A stretch of 63,937 bases of DNA, filler included, from Octopus bimaculoides (Eukaryota): NCBI RefSeq assembly GCF_001194135.2. It is 9 parts of 8 records of this genome, joined end to end, with 100 filler letters (N's around TTAATTAATTAA, not from the genome) between each part and the next. Parts side by side here need not be neighbours in the genome. Positions count along the whole stretch, not along the records: positions 21,019 to 27,013 come from NW_026382863.1; positions 27,114 to 29,038 come from NC_068985.1; positions 29,139 to 40,835 come from NC_069007.1; 6 more parts are not named here. One strand, given 5' to 3'. Every line of letters starts with the position of its first letter. The stretch's first letter is position 1. Below, piece by piece: positions 26,711 to 38,613 of the stretch. The notes under the pieces are model-generated. The model was not told the DNA's origin and made no database searches. It worked only from the letters and a program-made list of their open reading frames with translations. The position numbers and the translations under genes were made by a program.

Positions 26711-26888
26711 ACAGTTCTATATTTAAGAGTTGAGGAATTATTTATATTATTTACAATTGACGGATATTTGTCCTTATCTTGTTTGTTGTTAGCACAACGT
26801 TTCGGGTGATATATCCTCCAGCCTTCATCAGGTAACTTGGGGAAATTTCGAACCTAGGTTCTCATTCCTAAGGCTTTTTCGATGTTGC

Positions 26889-26929
<41 letters not shown>

Positions 26930-26997
26930 TGTTCACTGCCTAGAATCGAACTCGGAATCTTGGGGTTAATAGCCCGCGCTTTTAACCACTACGCCAT
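26711..26997 (-). mobile_element. tRNA-headed SINE-like element with a hammerhead-containing 3' part
   Basis: A box tggcgtagtgg, B box gttcgattc, (TAA)n spacer, HHR-like core, AT-rich tail. Confidence 0.7.
26793..26834 (-). ncRNA. Minimal type I hammerhead-like motif
   Basis: UAC-CUGAUGA-A-GGCUG(10 nt)CACCC-GAAA-CGU-U-GUG; intact core, extra A after A9, palindromic ACGU helix III, GUU triplet. Confidence 0.6.
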
Positions 26998-27139
26998 ATA
27001 TATATATATATATNNNNNNNNNNNNNNNNNNNNNNNNNNNNNNNNNNNNNNNNNNNNTTAATTAATTAANNNNNNNNNNNNNNNNNNNNNNNNNNNNNNN
27101 NNNNNNNNNNNNNTATATATATATATATATATATATATG

Positions 27140-27640
27140 CCAGATGATACAATGATTCAGAGCACTGACGATATACAGTATTTAGGAATAATCATGTCAA
27201 ATGATGCATCTTTCATTTGTCACCTAACCAAACTGACCTTTAAGTGCACACATCTCATAGGATGGACCCTACGAGCCTCCACGACAAGATAACCGGTAGT
27301 TATGCTAACTCAATGGAAAGACCTTAGTTCTGAGCAGATTAGATTACTGCTCACAACTTTGGTCTCCAAATTCACTCGGTTTCATAGAAGAAATTGAAGG
27401 GTTACAAAGCACATTCACTAGTAAAATAACTTCGGTTAATGGGCCCTTAATTACTGGGAACGCCTGAAAGTTTTGCGTTTCTACTCTCTTGAACGCTGAA
27501 GAGAGAGCTATGTTATTATATACGTATGGAAGAACCTGGAGAGGCATGTTACAAACATCGGTATTAAAGAGAATTTTAATGCTCGAACTAGTAGATGTAC
27601 CATCTTCAAAATAACGAGCAAAACCACTCCACTGTATAAG
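27140..27640 (+). mobile_element. CR1/L2-group LINE ORF2 C-terminal fragment (decayed)
   Basis: Across frameshifts: YLGIIMSND..IGWTLR..LVLSRLDYCSQLWSP..IEEIEGLQ..NYWERLKVLRFYSLER*RE.Y.IIYVWK, typical post-RT region. Confidence 0.8.
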
Positions 27641-27930
27641 AGGATTGCACCAAGAAAGTTACCCTCTGAGGTACAAGTCCTGGCAAGATTGTTTATGGAA
27701 GACCAGTAGTCGCTCATGGATACAAGCCTCTCCTCTCCACGACACCGATGTTATCCAAGGGAATGTAAAAGAGCAATACAGCTTGGGACCAGTGACATCG
27801 CAACTCATTTCTACAGCGTGAAATAAAGTGTATTGCTCAATGACGCACCGCACAGCCCGGTCCGGGAATCGAACTCGCTGCCTTGTGATTGTGAGCCCGA
27901 CTCTCTAACTGCTGAACCATGCATCTTCCA
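27640..27930 (-). mobile_element. tRNA-derived SINE family E
   Basis: Colinear with 39877-40205; head gttcagcagttagagagtcgggctcac..gagttcgattccc. Confidence 0.8.
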
Positions 27931-27944
27931 CATACATGCATACA

Positions 27945-28450
27945 TACACCGGTGGATATTAGCTGCCCAGCGGATGTTAACATAAGGCTGAAGATCAGTG
28001 AAAAAGAGAACATCTATGCTGAACTATTGAGAAATCTGCAATTACTCTATCCAGATTACAAGTTCAGGTTTGTACCTGTAATTATTGGGGCCCTGGGATA
28101 TTTAACACACTGCCTAAATACCAATCCTGAGAAATTAGATTTCTCAAAATGAGAAAGGAGAAAGCTAATTCGAAGACTACGGATCCAATCCATTACTGGA
28201 ACTGTAAAAATCTGTAAAACATTTAAATATATATGAGCATGTTTAGATATGCAACTATAAGCATGAGAATACATACATAAAACATACAAATCTGCACATA
28301 TACATACACACATAAATACATACATACATACATACATACATACATACAAAAATACCTTGTTGTTGATGTTGAAATTCCAATGAAGGAGCCTTGGATCTAG
28401 GTTAGAAACCGTTTTTTTCACTATTGGAAAGAAATCTTGAAATAGACTAA
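27945..28450 (+). mobile_element. R4/Dong-like RLE-type LINE 3' end plus probable 3' UTR
   Basis: DISCPADVNI..K..EKE.IY..L...LQLLYP.Y.F.FVPVIIGALG..LIRRLRIQSITGTVKICKTF is the C-terminal restriction-like endonuclease region. Confidence 0.75.
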
Positions 28451-29138
28451 ACATAGTTTTCTCTCTCATCCTTTTTTCTAATTTCCTTTTTCTCCCTTTG
28501 GCTGTTTTCTATCTGTCTCTATCTGCCCCCTCTTTCTCCCTTTCTCTCTCTCATTGCTCACACGTGGCCATCGTCCATCTTTCTTTTCCTTACGTGATCA
28601 TCTTCCCTTTCTTTCAGGACATGTCCTAAAAACTGGACGTATCCTATCTCTCTCTTCTATCTTTTCTCTTCTCAAAGAAAATATTTCTCCAGCGTTCGCT
28701 ATTTTACCCTCGTTCTGGTCTAACGAGACTCCATGTTTGTTTTCGTTCGGTTTCATTGTATGTCTCCGCTGTTCTGTTTTTGGTCTCAACTTTGAGCCTC
28801 CGGAAATCCCAAATTTTATTTTCGTACTTATAGAAGCAACTGTCTTCGTAGACTCATATTCTCGTTCAATGCGCGAAATGAGGAGTCGAAAGACAGCCGA
28901 CAATTGATGAAGGGTCGTTGTTTGTGTTACCTGTCCTGTTTTCCATTTGTTTCTATTGTTGTTTGCGTATTGAACTCATTTGTTTTCGTATTTTCTTATT
29001 TCATGTTGTTTACTGTTGGTGACGTCCTGTACCCATATNNNNNNNNNNNNNNNNNNNNNNNNNNNNNNNNNNNNNNNNNNNNTTAATTAATTAANNNNNN
29101 NNNNNNNNNNNNNNNNNNNNNNNNNNNNNNNNNNNNNN

Positions 29139-29251
29139 CTGGGTTCAGTCCCACTGCGTAGCACCTTGGGCAAGTGTCTTCTACTATAGCCTCGGGCCGA
29201 CCAAAGCCTTGTGAGTGGATTTGGTAGACGGAAACCGAAAGAAGCCCGTGG

Positions 29252-29283
<32 letters not shown>

Positions 29284-29500
29284 CATGTGTGTTTGTGTGT
29301 CTGTGTTTGTCCCCCTCACCATCGCTTGACAACCGATGCTGGTGTGTTTACGTCCCCATAACTTAGCGGTTCGGCAAAACAGACCGATAGAATAAGTACT
29401 AGGCTTACAAAGAATAAGTCCTGGGGGTCGATTTTCTCGACTAAAGGCTGTGCTCCAGCATGGCCGCAGTCAAAAGACTGAAACAAGGAAAAGAGTAAAA
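29139..29500 (+). mobile_element. SINE family A (5' truncated by a gap)
   Basis: Colinear with 30390-30838. Confidence 0.9.
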
Positions 29501-30145
29501 GAGTATACATATATAATACGCAAGCACGCACACACACACACTCATTTGTATACATACACACATAAACCAGACACGTATACGCACACACATATATACACAG
29601 ACACGTGCTTGAACAAAAACATCCATTCGCAGGGTATTGAATTCGTCAAATTAATATTGGAATATCAAATTTCCATCAATAACAGTTTACGGAATCAACT
29701 CTTGAGACGCTACCGGAAATGTGTCCTCTCCATGGAAACCTCATGCATAGTATCCAACAATCTGCGCCTGTCTCTATTTCTCCTCCATGACATTATACCC
29801 GCCCACGCGATCTTCCCGCTATTCTTTAACACTCTTACGTATTACCATGTAGTCTGACTTAGTTTCCCCTGCATCTCCCTGTCCTCAGCACCAGGACACT
29901 CTGCCGTCTCCTCCTCCTCGTCCGCCGCCCTTCTTCTTTTTCTCATTTTTAGACAGTCAGCTTGGTAACTCCTGTACAACTGATTACTATTACTGTTATT
30001 ATTATTATTATTATTATTATTGTTGTCGTTTCTGTCGTTTGCAACCGGTGCTGCTACTGCTGCTGCACTAATGATGATGATGTCGTCTCTGGTTATTGAT
30101 TATGAGTTTCGTCTGGTGGACGCTCAAATATTTGCAAATGAAATG

Positions 30146-30179
<34 letters not shown>

Positions 30180-30389
30180 GTATATATATACATATATATA
30201 TATATGGAGGTATGTGTGGGGGGTGTGTGCATGCATATCTATATATAAAATTACATGTCTGTGTGTATAAATATATATATATATATATGCGTGTATGTAT
30301 ATATATATATATATCTGTAAAAATGAAAGAATAAATAGTCACGTATATGTATATGTATGTATGTACATATATATATATATATGTATATA

Positions 30390-30554
30390 GGCGCAGGAGT
30401 GGCTGTGTGGTAAGTAGCTCGCTTACCAACCACATAGTTCCGGGTTCAGTCCCACTGTGTGGCATCTTGGGTAAGTGTCTTCTACTATAGCCTCGGGCCG
30501 ACCAAAGCCTTGTGAGTGGATTTGGTAGACGGAAACTGAAAGAAGCCCGTCGTA

Positions 30555-30629
<75 letters not shown>

Positions 30630-30838
30630 ATGTGTTTGTGTGTCTGTGTTTGTCCCCCTAGCATTGCTTGACAACTGATGCTGGTGTGTTTATGTCCCTG
30701 TCACTTAGCGGTTCGGCAAAAGAGACCGATAGAATAAGTACTAGGCTTACAAAGAATAAGTCCCGGTGTCGATTTGCTCGATTAAAGGCAGTGCTCCAGC
30801 ATGGCCGCAGTCAAATGACTGAAACAAGTAAAAGAGAG
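30390..30838 (+). mobile_element. SINE family A, full length (reference copy)
   Basis: tRNA-like head (tggctgtgtggtaag..gggttcagtccc), body with CpGs intact, internal (TA)n(TG)n, tail ending gaaacaagtaaaagag. Confidence 0.92.
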
Positions 30839-31119
30839 TAAAGATTGTGTGTGTGTGTGTGTGTGTGGGTGTGCGTGCGCGCGCGCGCATTCCATCGGAC
30901 CGACTCCATCATATTCACATTTATTTTCGTGTTCTTAGCTTCTACAATGTCCTTCGAACTGTCATACGGGAAGTAACAGCTAAATCTCCCTCGTAAAATG
31001 TAAGGGGAATGTTTGATAATACATATATAAATAGATATCTCTGTAAGATGGCGTACCGGTTTAGCATAAATTTGATCACAGCTCTTCTTTATCACAATTG
31101 ACATAGGCTCAATATAATA

Positions 31120-31800
31120 TATTACGCATCAATTACCGGGGTCAATGCATCTCGACTAGTCTCATCCCTCTAAAATTGCTCTCCTTGAGCCAGAACTTGA
31201 AAAATTCAGGGCACTGAGCTGCCGGAAATCTTTAGCACATCGGATAAAATACTTAGTAGTATTTTCTGCCGGCGCTTTGCACTCTAAGTTCAAATGCAAC
31301 CGGGGTCAGCTTTGCCTTTCATTTTCCAGGCTCGATAAAATCAATAGAGTAACCAGTATCAATGGTATCGACTAATGCCCTCGGTCTGAAATTTCCTGTC
31401 CTGTGCCTAGAATGGTTAATGTTGGACAAAATCCTTAACGAAATTTCTCCCGGCTCTTCACGTACTAAGTTCAAATCTCGAAGTCAATAAAATCGATGAA
31501 GTAAAGTACCACTCATATACTGAGGTCAATGTCATCGATTAAACCTCTAACCCGAAGACTACTGCCCTTGTCCCAAATTTTGAAACTATTAAGGGGGCAA
31601 GCTGGCCGAATCGTTGAGGCGTCGAAGTGCTTAGTGCCATTTGTTCAGTCTTCATGTTCTGAGCTCAAATTCCATGCATGTCGACTTTGCTTTTTGTCAC
31701 GCCAGAATCAATAAAATAGGTACCAGTTGAGCAGTGGGGTCCATGTAATCCACTCGTTCCAAATTTCTGGGCGTTGTGCCTATAATACAAGAATTTGCTA
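31120..31800 (+). mobile_element. Cluster of decayed family B SINEs
   Basis: At least three head/core blocks. Confidence 0.7.
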
Positions 31801-31839
31801 ATTTAATTAACTGGGAAGTTGTCTTTACGTTTGGTAAAG

Positions 31840-32500
31840 AGTCTTGTCCAATCTCAAGAAAGTTTCTTTGGATTCTTGCAGAATACAGAATTGCATTTTT
31901 CTGTAAACCGCAGTGCCAATATCTTTCGTTCTGTTAGGTAGCATTTCGGAGTGTTGCGTCAAGTGTAACAATTGCTATAAGAATTATTGTTGTCTTAGTC
32001 TTCCAGAATCTTTTCACGCCCTGACATCTCGTTATATTTTTTATCAGTTTCTTTGGACATCTCACTTTGTCATTATTAATATTATTGAGTGAGAGAGCAG
32101 TGCATGCCATTAAAGTGACACTGGGGTAAAATATACGAAGCCCAGTATACCCATCATGACTACCCGTCTGATAAGAGTACACCAGATACATGCATCACAT
32201 TCATATGTGCGTGACAATATGATCTATTGCTTCTTCTCCATCACATATTTTGCTGTTACTTGTATTTCTTTTGGTAATTCCTGGTGGGAAGGCTTTGATC
32301 TTGTGCTGCAATTAAAAATCCTTCAGTCTTTACTTTGAATCCTGAGCTTCTCAGCCATTGTTGGGATTTTTCTTTTCTATTTAGCGTAACCCGATATTCG
32401 CCATGAAGGGGCTTTTCTTCCCATCGTTTTATCATGATCCGTTGTTGTTCCAGTTTTAGTTTGGATTTCATTTGACAGCACCTATATTTCAAATATAAGA
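31840..32500 (-). mobile_element. R4/Dong-like LINE remnant interrupted by a family D repeat
   Basis: WEEKPLHGEY..SQQWLRSSGFKVKTEGFLIAAQDQSLPTRNY (32256-32492), then C-terminal RFWKTKTTIILIAI..QKNAIL.SARI (31840-32075), in the expected order. Confidence 0.75.
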
Positions 32501-32629
32501 TAAATATTTTGGTATCCCAAACTTACTTACATTAGGGACCAATTTTCTTTAATATTTTTGCTGTTTCTTAACTCCTGTTTGCCGATAATCGCAGATTCAA
32601 TCCAACTTCGCAAATTATTATTATTACTT

Positions 32630-33130
32630 AGTGAGAGAGCAGTGTATGTCATCAAAATGAAACTGGCTACAAATATATGGAGCCCAATATACCCATCATG
32701 ACTACCCATCTGATAAGGGTACACCAGGCACATGCATCACAACCATATGTGCACGACATAGTGATCTTATATCAAGATAAACAGCGCATGACCTTACAGG
32801 TGGGTTTCAGTTAGAAGTTTCTTCAGGTCGAGTAGCCCATCCTACTCGAAAGACACCTGAGTAAGGTTTGCTCAGGAATGATGAATGAAACACCCATGTT
32901 TACAGATATGAATCATTCAAACCCCAATGAATTCCTCTTAACACGTGGCTATCGTCAGACACTAAGAGCCACGCTCAACTGGTTAAGGTCAAACAACTGA
33001 CTCGCCAATCTGTGGTATTGAGCAGAAAATTTACTGTAACGCCTCTTTTGTACCAAAACAAAACATGTACATGATAACACTTCCAATCAGTTAAGATCAT
33101 GAGAGCCACTGTCTGGTACTGCATCGGGGC
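32630..33130. repeat. Unclassified interspersed repeat family D (partial second copy at 32085-32215)
   Basis: gtgagagagcagtg..catcatgactaccc.tctgataag.gtacaccag..catgcatcaca shared by both copies; both start at (TTA)-like runs. Confidence 0.8.
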
Positions 33131-33783
33131 ATTTATTCTTGTTCTTCTTCTTCTTCTTATTATTAGAACTATTACTGTTCTGGTATTGTTGCTGTTGTTG
33201 TTGTTGTTCTTGCTGTTGTTAAGACTAGTTAAACTTAGCCTGCAGTGTACGGAAAACCTAACAGAAAAAAAAAAGCGAAAAAAGACAAACCACGCGAACC
33301 GCTTAGAGAGTTTGCGAAAATAAAAACCATACCACGCTCTCAGACAGCCAAACCGACAAACAGTCAAGCATACAGACAGACCAGCATCCTAGCAGGCAGT
33401 CAGACAATAATTTCAAACAGATTTATATCACATCTCTTATAAAGATGTCGAATAACACGATAACATAGACCATGAACCGAAGAATCCGCCATTTTGTTAA
33501 GATTTACAACGTTAACACTTTCACGTCTTAAAGTGAGGCGTAAGTTAAATATATACATCAGATCAAAGTGATGCTGGAAACGAAAATTGTTTATACAATT
33601 ACGTATGAGGTTTGTTATCAGTTGAGTAAGAATGAACTTCAAAAAAATATATTAAAAAAAAAACAGTAACAGCAACTACATCACCATCGACAACAAGAAA
33701 ACGAGAAATTTAAACGTTATCATCTTTGTGTCTATGGAATGTAGTGATGAGGAGTCTGGAGACTGTGGTTAACTGTTAAGTTT

Positions 33784-33823
<40 letters not shown>

Positions 33824-34474
33824 TGTGTCTGTGTCTATGTTTCATATATATGTATATATATACATACATACATATGCACACACACACAAAGGGAAAATGC
33901 TTTTTTTAACCCACGCATAACACACACATATATATATATATATATATAAACACACACATACATATAGACATACATACNNNNNNNNNNNNNNNNNNNNNNN
34001 NNNNNNNNNNNNNNNNNNNNNNNNNNNNNNNNNNNNNNNNNNNNNNNNNNNNNNNNNNNNNNNNNNNNNNNNNNNNNAGAGAGAGAGAGAGAGAGAGAGA
34101 GTGAGTGTTATGATGAACGTCTCCTACAAGATTGGACACGGTCAAAAGCGAGATAATAGAGAATGGCCGAAAACAATGGCCTCCATGACTCCAGAAAAAA
34201 TGGTTGTTGTTGTTGTTATTACCGGTGTTAGTGTCGTTGTCGTTCTGGTCGTAGTTGTAGTAGTAGCAGTAGCAGCAGTTGTTGTTGTTGTAGTACTTTA
34301 GTCTCTCCCGAGAAGACACGTGACTTAGTGGTTTGGGTTTTCAACTCATGATCATATGATCCTGAATTCGATTTCCTGTGAAGAATTGTATTCTTGAGCA
34401 AGACACTTTATTTCGCGTCACTCCAGTCAACCTAGCTGGCAAAAGTTAATTGTACCTGTAGTTCATCCAGGATT

Positions 34475-35090
34475 TGTTGTTGGCACTCCGTTGCTTACGA
34501 CGTCGAGGGTTCCAGTTGATCCAATCGACGGAACAGCCTGCTCGTGAAATCAACGTGCAAGTGGCTGAGCACTCCACAGGCACGTGTACCCTTAACGTAG
34601 TTCTCGGGGATATTCAGCGTGACACAGAGAGTGACAAGGCTGACCCTTTGAATTACAGGCACAACAGAAACAGGAAGTAAGACTGAGAGAAAGTTGTGGT
34701 GAAAGAGTACAGCAGGGTTCGCCACCATCCCCTGCCGGAGCCTCGTACAGCTTTCGGTGTTTTCGTTCAATAAACNNNNNNNNNNGCAAGTGGCTGAGCA
34801 CTCCACAGGCACGTGTACCCTTAACGTAGTTCTCGGGGATATTCAGCGTGACACAGAGAGTGACAAGGCTGACCCTTTGAATTACAGGCACAACAGAAAC
34901 AGGAAGTAAGACTGAGAGAAAGTTGTGGTGAAAGAGTACAGCAGGGTTCGCCACCATCCCCTGCCGGAGCCTCGTACAGCTTTCGGTGTTTTCGTTCAAT
35001 AAACACTCACAACGCCCGGTCTGAGAATCGAAACCGCGATCCTACGACCGCGAGTCCGCTGCCCTAACCACTGGGCCATTGCGGCTCCAC
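34475..35090 (-). mobile_element. SINE family C (with assembly duplication around a 10-N gap)
   Basis: Colinear with 13613-13939 and 37730-37913. Confidence 0.9.
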
Positions 35091-35802
35091 TCATCAAGGA
35101 TAGCTATGTCACTTTCTGTGTCACGCCAAATGTCCTTGAGCACCACGTTAAGGGGACGCGTGTCTGCGGAGTGCTCAGCTTGTTGTACCTTAATTTTGTT
35201 TGTTCTGTTGATCGAATCAGCTGTAACTCTCCAATTTTTGAGCACCCCTGCATATCAGTCCTCATTGATCAGGTCGTAATCACTAAAGAAGTGATTGAAG
35301 GCAGTTTGGCTGCTATTTCTAGATGTCCAGACGACCGACTGAAATAGCAAAACGAACGAATGATTGCATAACAATTGAATCCTTTGTCAGTTCACATTTG
35401 TTAGCCCAAACCAGCGGACCTATAATTGGAGGCTTTCCATCTCCGATTTCAGTCAACCGTGACCATTTCGTCATTTTTATGGTCCATAGAACTAGCGATA
35501 TTGTCTAACGTGACCTGTCCTTACTTAAGACGATGCTGTGCGACTTGGCTGTTATTTCTAGCATCTCGTTGGCTCCACATCGTCGTTTGTTTGTCGTAGT
35601 CGTTACTGCTGCTCTTGTTGAGCGGTGGTGTTGTGGATTAATCCAGGATCAGATCTAATCGACAAAGAAGCTTGACACGGAAGTCATCATGTGACAAGCG
35701 GTTAGAGCCAAACACTTATTTTTCCACGTATATACATATACGCAAGCACTGACACACACAAACACGCACGCACACACACAAACACACACACACATTATAT
35801 AT

Positions 35803-36190
35803 ACAGGCGTGGCTGTGGTAAGAAGTTTGTTCTCTAACCACATACTGAGTTCAGTCTCACCGTGTGACACCTTGAGTGAATGCCTTCTACTATAGCCTCG
35901 GGCCAAACAAAGTCACATAAGTAGATTTAGTGGATGGAAACTGAAAGAAGCCCGCAGTTTTTATATATGTGTGTGTGTGTGTGTGTGTTTGTGTTTATCT
36001 CCCATCTCCGCTTGACAACCGGTGTTCGTGTGTTTATGTCCCCATAATTTAACGGTTCGGCATAGAGACCGATAGAATAAGTGCCAAACTTTAAAAAAAT
36101 GTACTAGGATCGAATCATTCGACTCAAAATTCGTCAAGGCTGTGCCCGAGCATGGTTGCAGTCTCATGACTCTAACGAGTAAAAGATAAC
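35803..36190 (+). mobile_element. SINE family A, diverged full-length copy
   Basis: Head, body, (TG)n slot and tail colinear with 30390. Confidence 0.85.
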
Positions 36191-36528
36191 AATTATGTAA
36201 TATGTATTATATTTTATTGGCGGTGTGTTCGCAGAATCGATAGCGCGTCGAACAAAATGCTTAACGACATTTCTTCCAGCTTTTTACTTTTTGAGTTCAA
36301 ACTCCGCCGGGACTAATTTTGTTTTCATCCCTTTGTGGGTAGAAAACAAAGTACCAGTCAAGTACTGAGGTGGATGTAATCGATTGGACTATTCCTCTCA
36401 AAACTGCTGACCAATTGATTGACCACTGCAATGGACTGGCGTCACGTTCAGGAGTTATGTTGTAATCTCGGGCACTTACACACAACAGAAATCGTGTAAC
36501 TGGCTGAATCAGACTTTTGTTATTAAAC

Positions 36529-36660
36529 GATGAAGACTCACTTGTTCGACGATGAAGACTCACTTGTTCGACGATGAAGACTCACTTGTTCGACAATAAA
36601 GACTCACTTGTTCGACGATGAGGATTCACTTGTTCGACGATAAGGATTCACTTGTTCGAT
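36529..36660. repeat. 22-bp minisatellite, 6 copies
   Basis: gatgaagactcacttgttcgac x3 exact, x3 variant; no spacers. Confidence 0.95.
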
Positions 36661-36719
36661 CAACAGAATTATCTGTTCCTGAATTAATGACTAACTAGCT
36701 AAATATTCCACAAGCACGT

Positions 36720-37092
36720 GTACTTTTAACGCAAATTCTCAAGCAGTATGACCGTGACACAATGTGTGATAAGGCAATACCTTTTGAATTTCACCAGACA
36801 GACTCCTGTGCTGTTTCTGCCATACGGGATGAATCGAATCGATGCTATAAAGGAGAAAAGGATAAAGCTCCTTCGAGTCATATAGACTCATAGAACCAGC
36901 TTCCTGGTTTCTCTGGCGTATATATCCCAACCATGGTAGAAGGGACGCAGGTTCGTCTCAGGATTACTCATTTTTGCTAGGTGAGTGAACTGAAGCAACG
37001 TAAAAGGAAGTATGCTGCTCAAGGCCAAACGCATCGGCCGGTCCAGGAATTGAAACCACAATCACAAGATCGTTAGTGCACTGCCCTAACCA
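36720..37092 (-). mobile_element. tRNA-derived SINE, diverged (family C/E-related)
   Basis: Minus head gtgaaggcgcgtggctgagtggttagggcagtgcac; gtgagtgaactgaagcaacgt block. Confidence 0.7.
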
Positions 37093-37729
37093 CTCAGCCA
37101 CGCGCCTTCACAACGGATGCTTTAAGAAATGACTTTTGCCGAAGCTTCCACAGGTTCTATCCTACTGCGCAACTTAGCGGTTCGACAAAAAGAGACAGAT
37201 AGAATAAGTACCAGGCTTACAAAGAATAAGTCCTGGGGTCGATTTGCTCGACTAAAGGCGGTGCTCCAGTATAGCCGCAGTCAAATGACTGAAACAAGTA
37301 AAAGAGTAAATATAATATAAATTCTTTACATGTTTTTAAGTTACGAAAGAATTTGTCGTGATTTTTGAATTTTCGTATTGTTAAATAAAATTTCATCAAT
37401 TTCCCTTTCATTTATGNNNNNNNNNNNNNNNNNNNNNNNNNNNNNNNNNNNNNNNNNNNNNNNNNNNNNNNNNNNNNNNNNNNNNNNNNNNNNNNNNNNN
37501 NNNNNNNNNNNNNNNNNNNNNNNNNNNNNNNNNNNNNNNNNNNNNNNNNNNNNNNNNNNNNNNNNNNNNNNNNNNNNNNNNNNNNNNNNNNNNNNNNNNN
37601 NNNNNNNNNNNNNNNNNNNNNNNNNNNNNNNNNNNNNNNNNNNNNNNNNNNNNNNNNNNNNNNNNNNNNNNNNNNNNNNNNNNNNNNNNNNNNNNNNNNN
37701 NNNNNNNNNNNNNNNNNNNNNNNNNNNNN

Positions 37730-37913
37730 CTGTAATTCAAAGGGTCAGTCTTGTCACACTCTGTGTCACGCTGAATATCCCCCGAGAAGTACGTTAAAGG
37801 TACACGTGTCTGTGGAGTGCTCAGCCACTTGCACGTTAATTTCACGAGCAGGCTGTTCCGTTGATCGGATCAACTGGAACCCTCGACGTCATAAGCGACG
37901 CTGTGCCAACAAC
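37730..37913 (+). mobile_element. SINE family C 3' part
   Basis: Ends gatcggatcaactggaaccctcgacgtc..gtgccaacaac. Confidence 0.85.
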
Positions 37914-37929
37914 ATGTATACACACGCAT

Positions 37930-37985
<56 letters not shown>

Positions 37986-38445
37986 ATGTATGTGTACAGA
38001 TACTACACACCTAAGTGCTTGTTGGAGGATGGGTACCAACCCGGAATTACACAACACTAACAAGACAAATCTCCTCCATACATCAAACCCCAGCCAACCA
38101 CAAACTGTTGCCCTCGTAGCTACCTAAACAAGACCATTGTTAATTAACTCATTCTCTTCCTCCCTTCCTCCTCTCTCTATATCTAACCCTCCCTCTCTAC
38201 ATCTGTCTGTCTCTTTCTTTGTATTTGTCTCTCTGTCTTTCTCTCCTCGTCCCACTCAATCTCCCTCTCTCGTTTCCTTCGTATAATTATTCACAGCATT
38301 ATCCACTCACTGTTTGAGCGTCTGGTATCAGCAGTAAGTCATTTTTTTTATGAAATCTAGAAACCAGACGATTAATTATGTATATTTATTTACTTTTGAC
38401 CGTTGACTGAACACTATTCAATTTTTTTTCTCCGTGTCTCCGTAT

Positions 38446-38482
38446 TCTTTCTGTTGAAGAGCGTAGCTCGAAACGTCAAAGA
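38446..38482 (+). ncRNA. Minimal type I hammerhead variant (A6 to U)
   Basis: UCUUU-CUGUUGA-A-GAGC(GUA)GCUC-GAAA-CGU-C-AAAGA: perfect 5-bp stem I, 4-bp stem II, palindromic ACGU, GUC triplet. Confidence 0.6.
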
Positions 38483-38567
38483 CTTTCCGTATTCCCGAGC
38501 GTCATACTAATATATACTTTTGTTATTTACACCACCTGTCCTCGTCTGTTATTATTTGTATATTCTC

Positions 38568-38613
<46 letters not shown>

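Noticed and set aside
26930-26997. Possible tRNA genes (here and at other SINE heads)
   Set aside because: No complete acceptor stem; embedded in multi-copy SINE bodies
28355-28420. Hammerhead-like ccaatgaa..gaaaccg in the R4-like 3' region
   Set aside because: Two core substitutions; stems I and II out of register
29850-29892. Minus-strand CUGAGGA..GAAAC-UAA-GUC
   Set aside because: Stems I and II do not pair; likely chance
34557-35004. Apparent exact ~220-bp tandem duplication in a family C SINE (likewise ~62 bp at 39745-39878)
   Set aside because: Copies are separated by a 10-N gap: overlapping contig ends left unmerged
36529-36660. Possible CRISPR array
   Set aside because: Units are contiguous with no spacers; eukaryotic context; no cas genes
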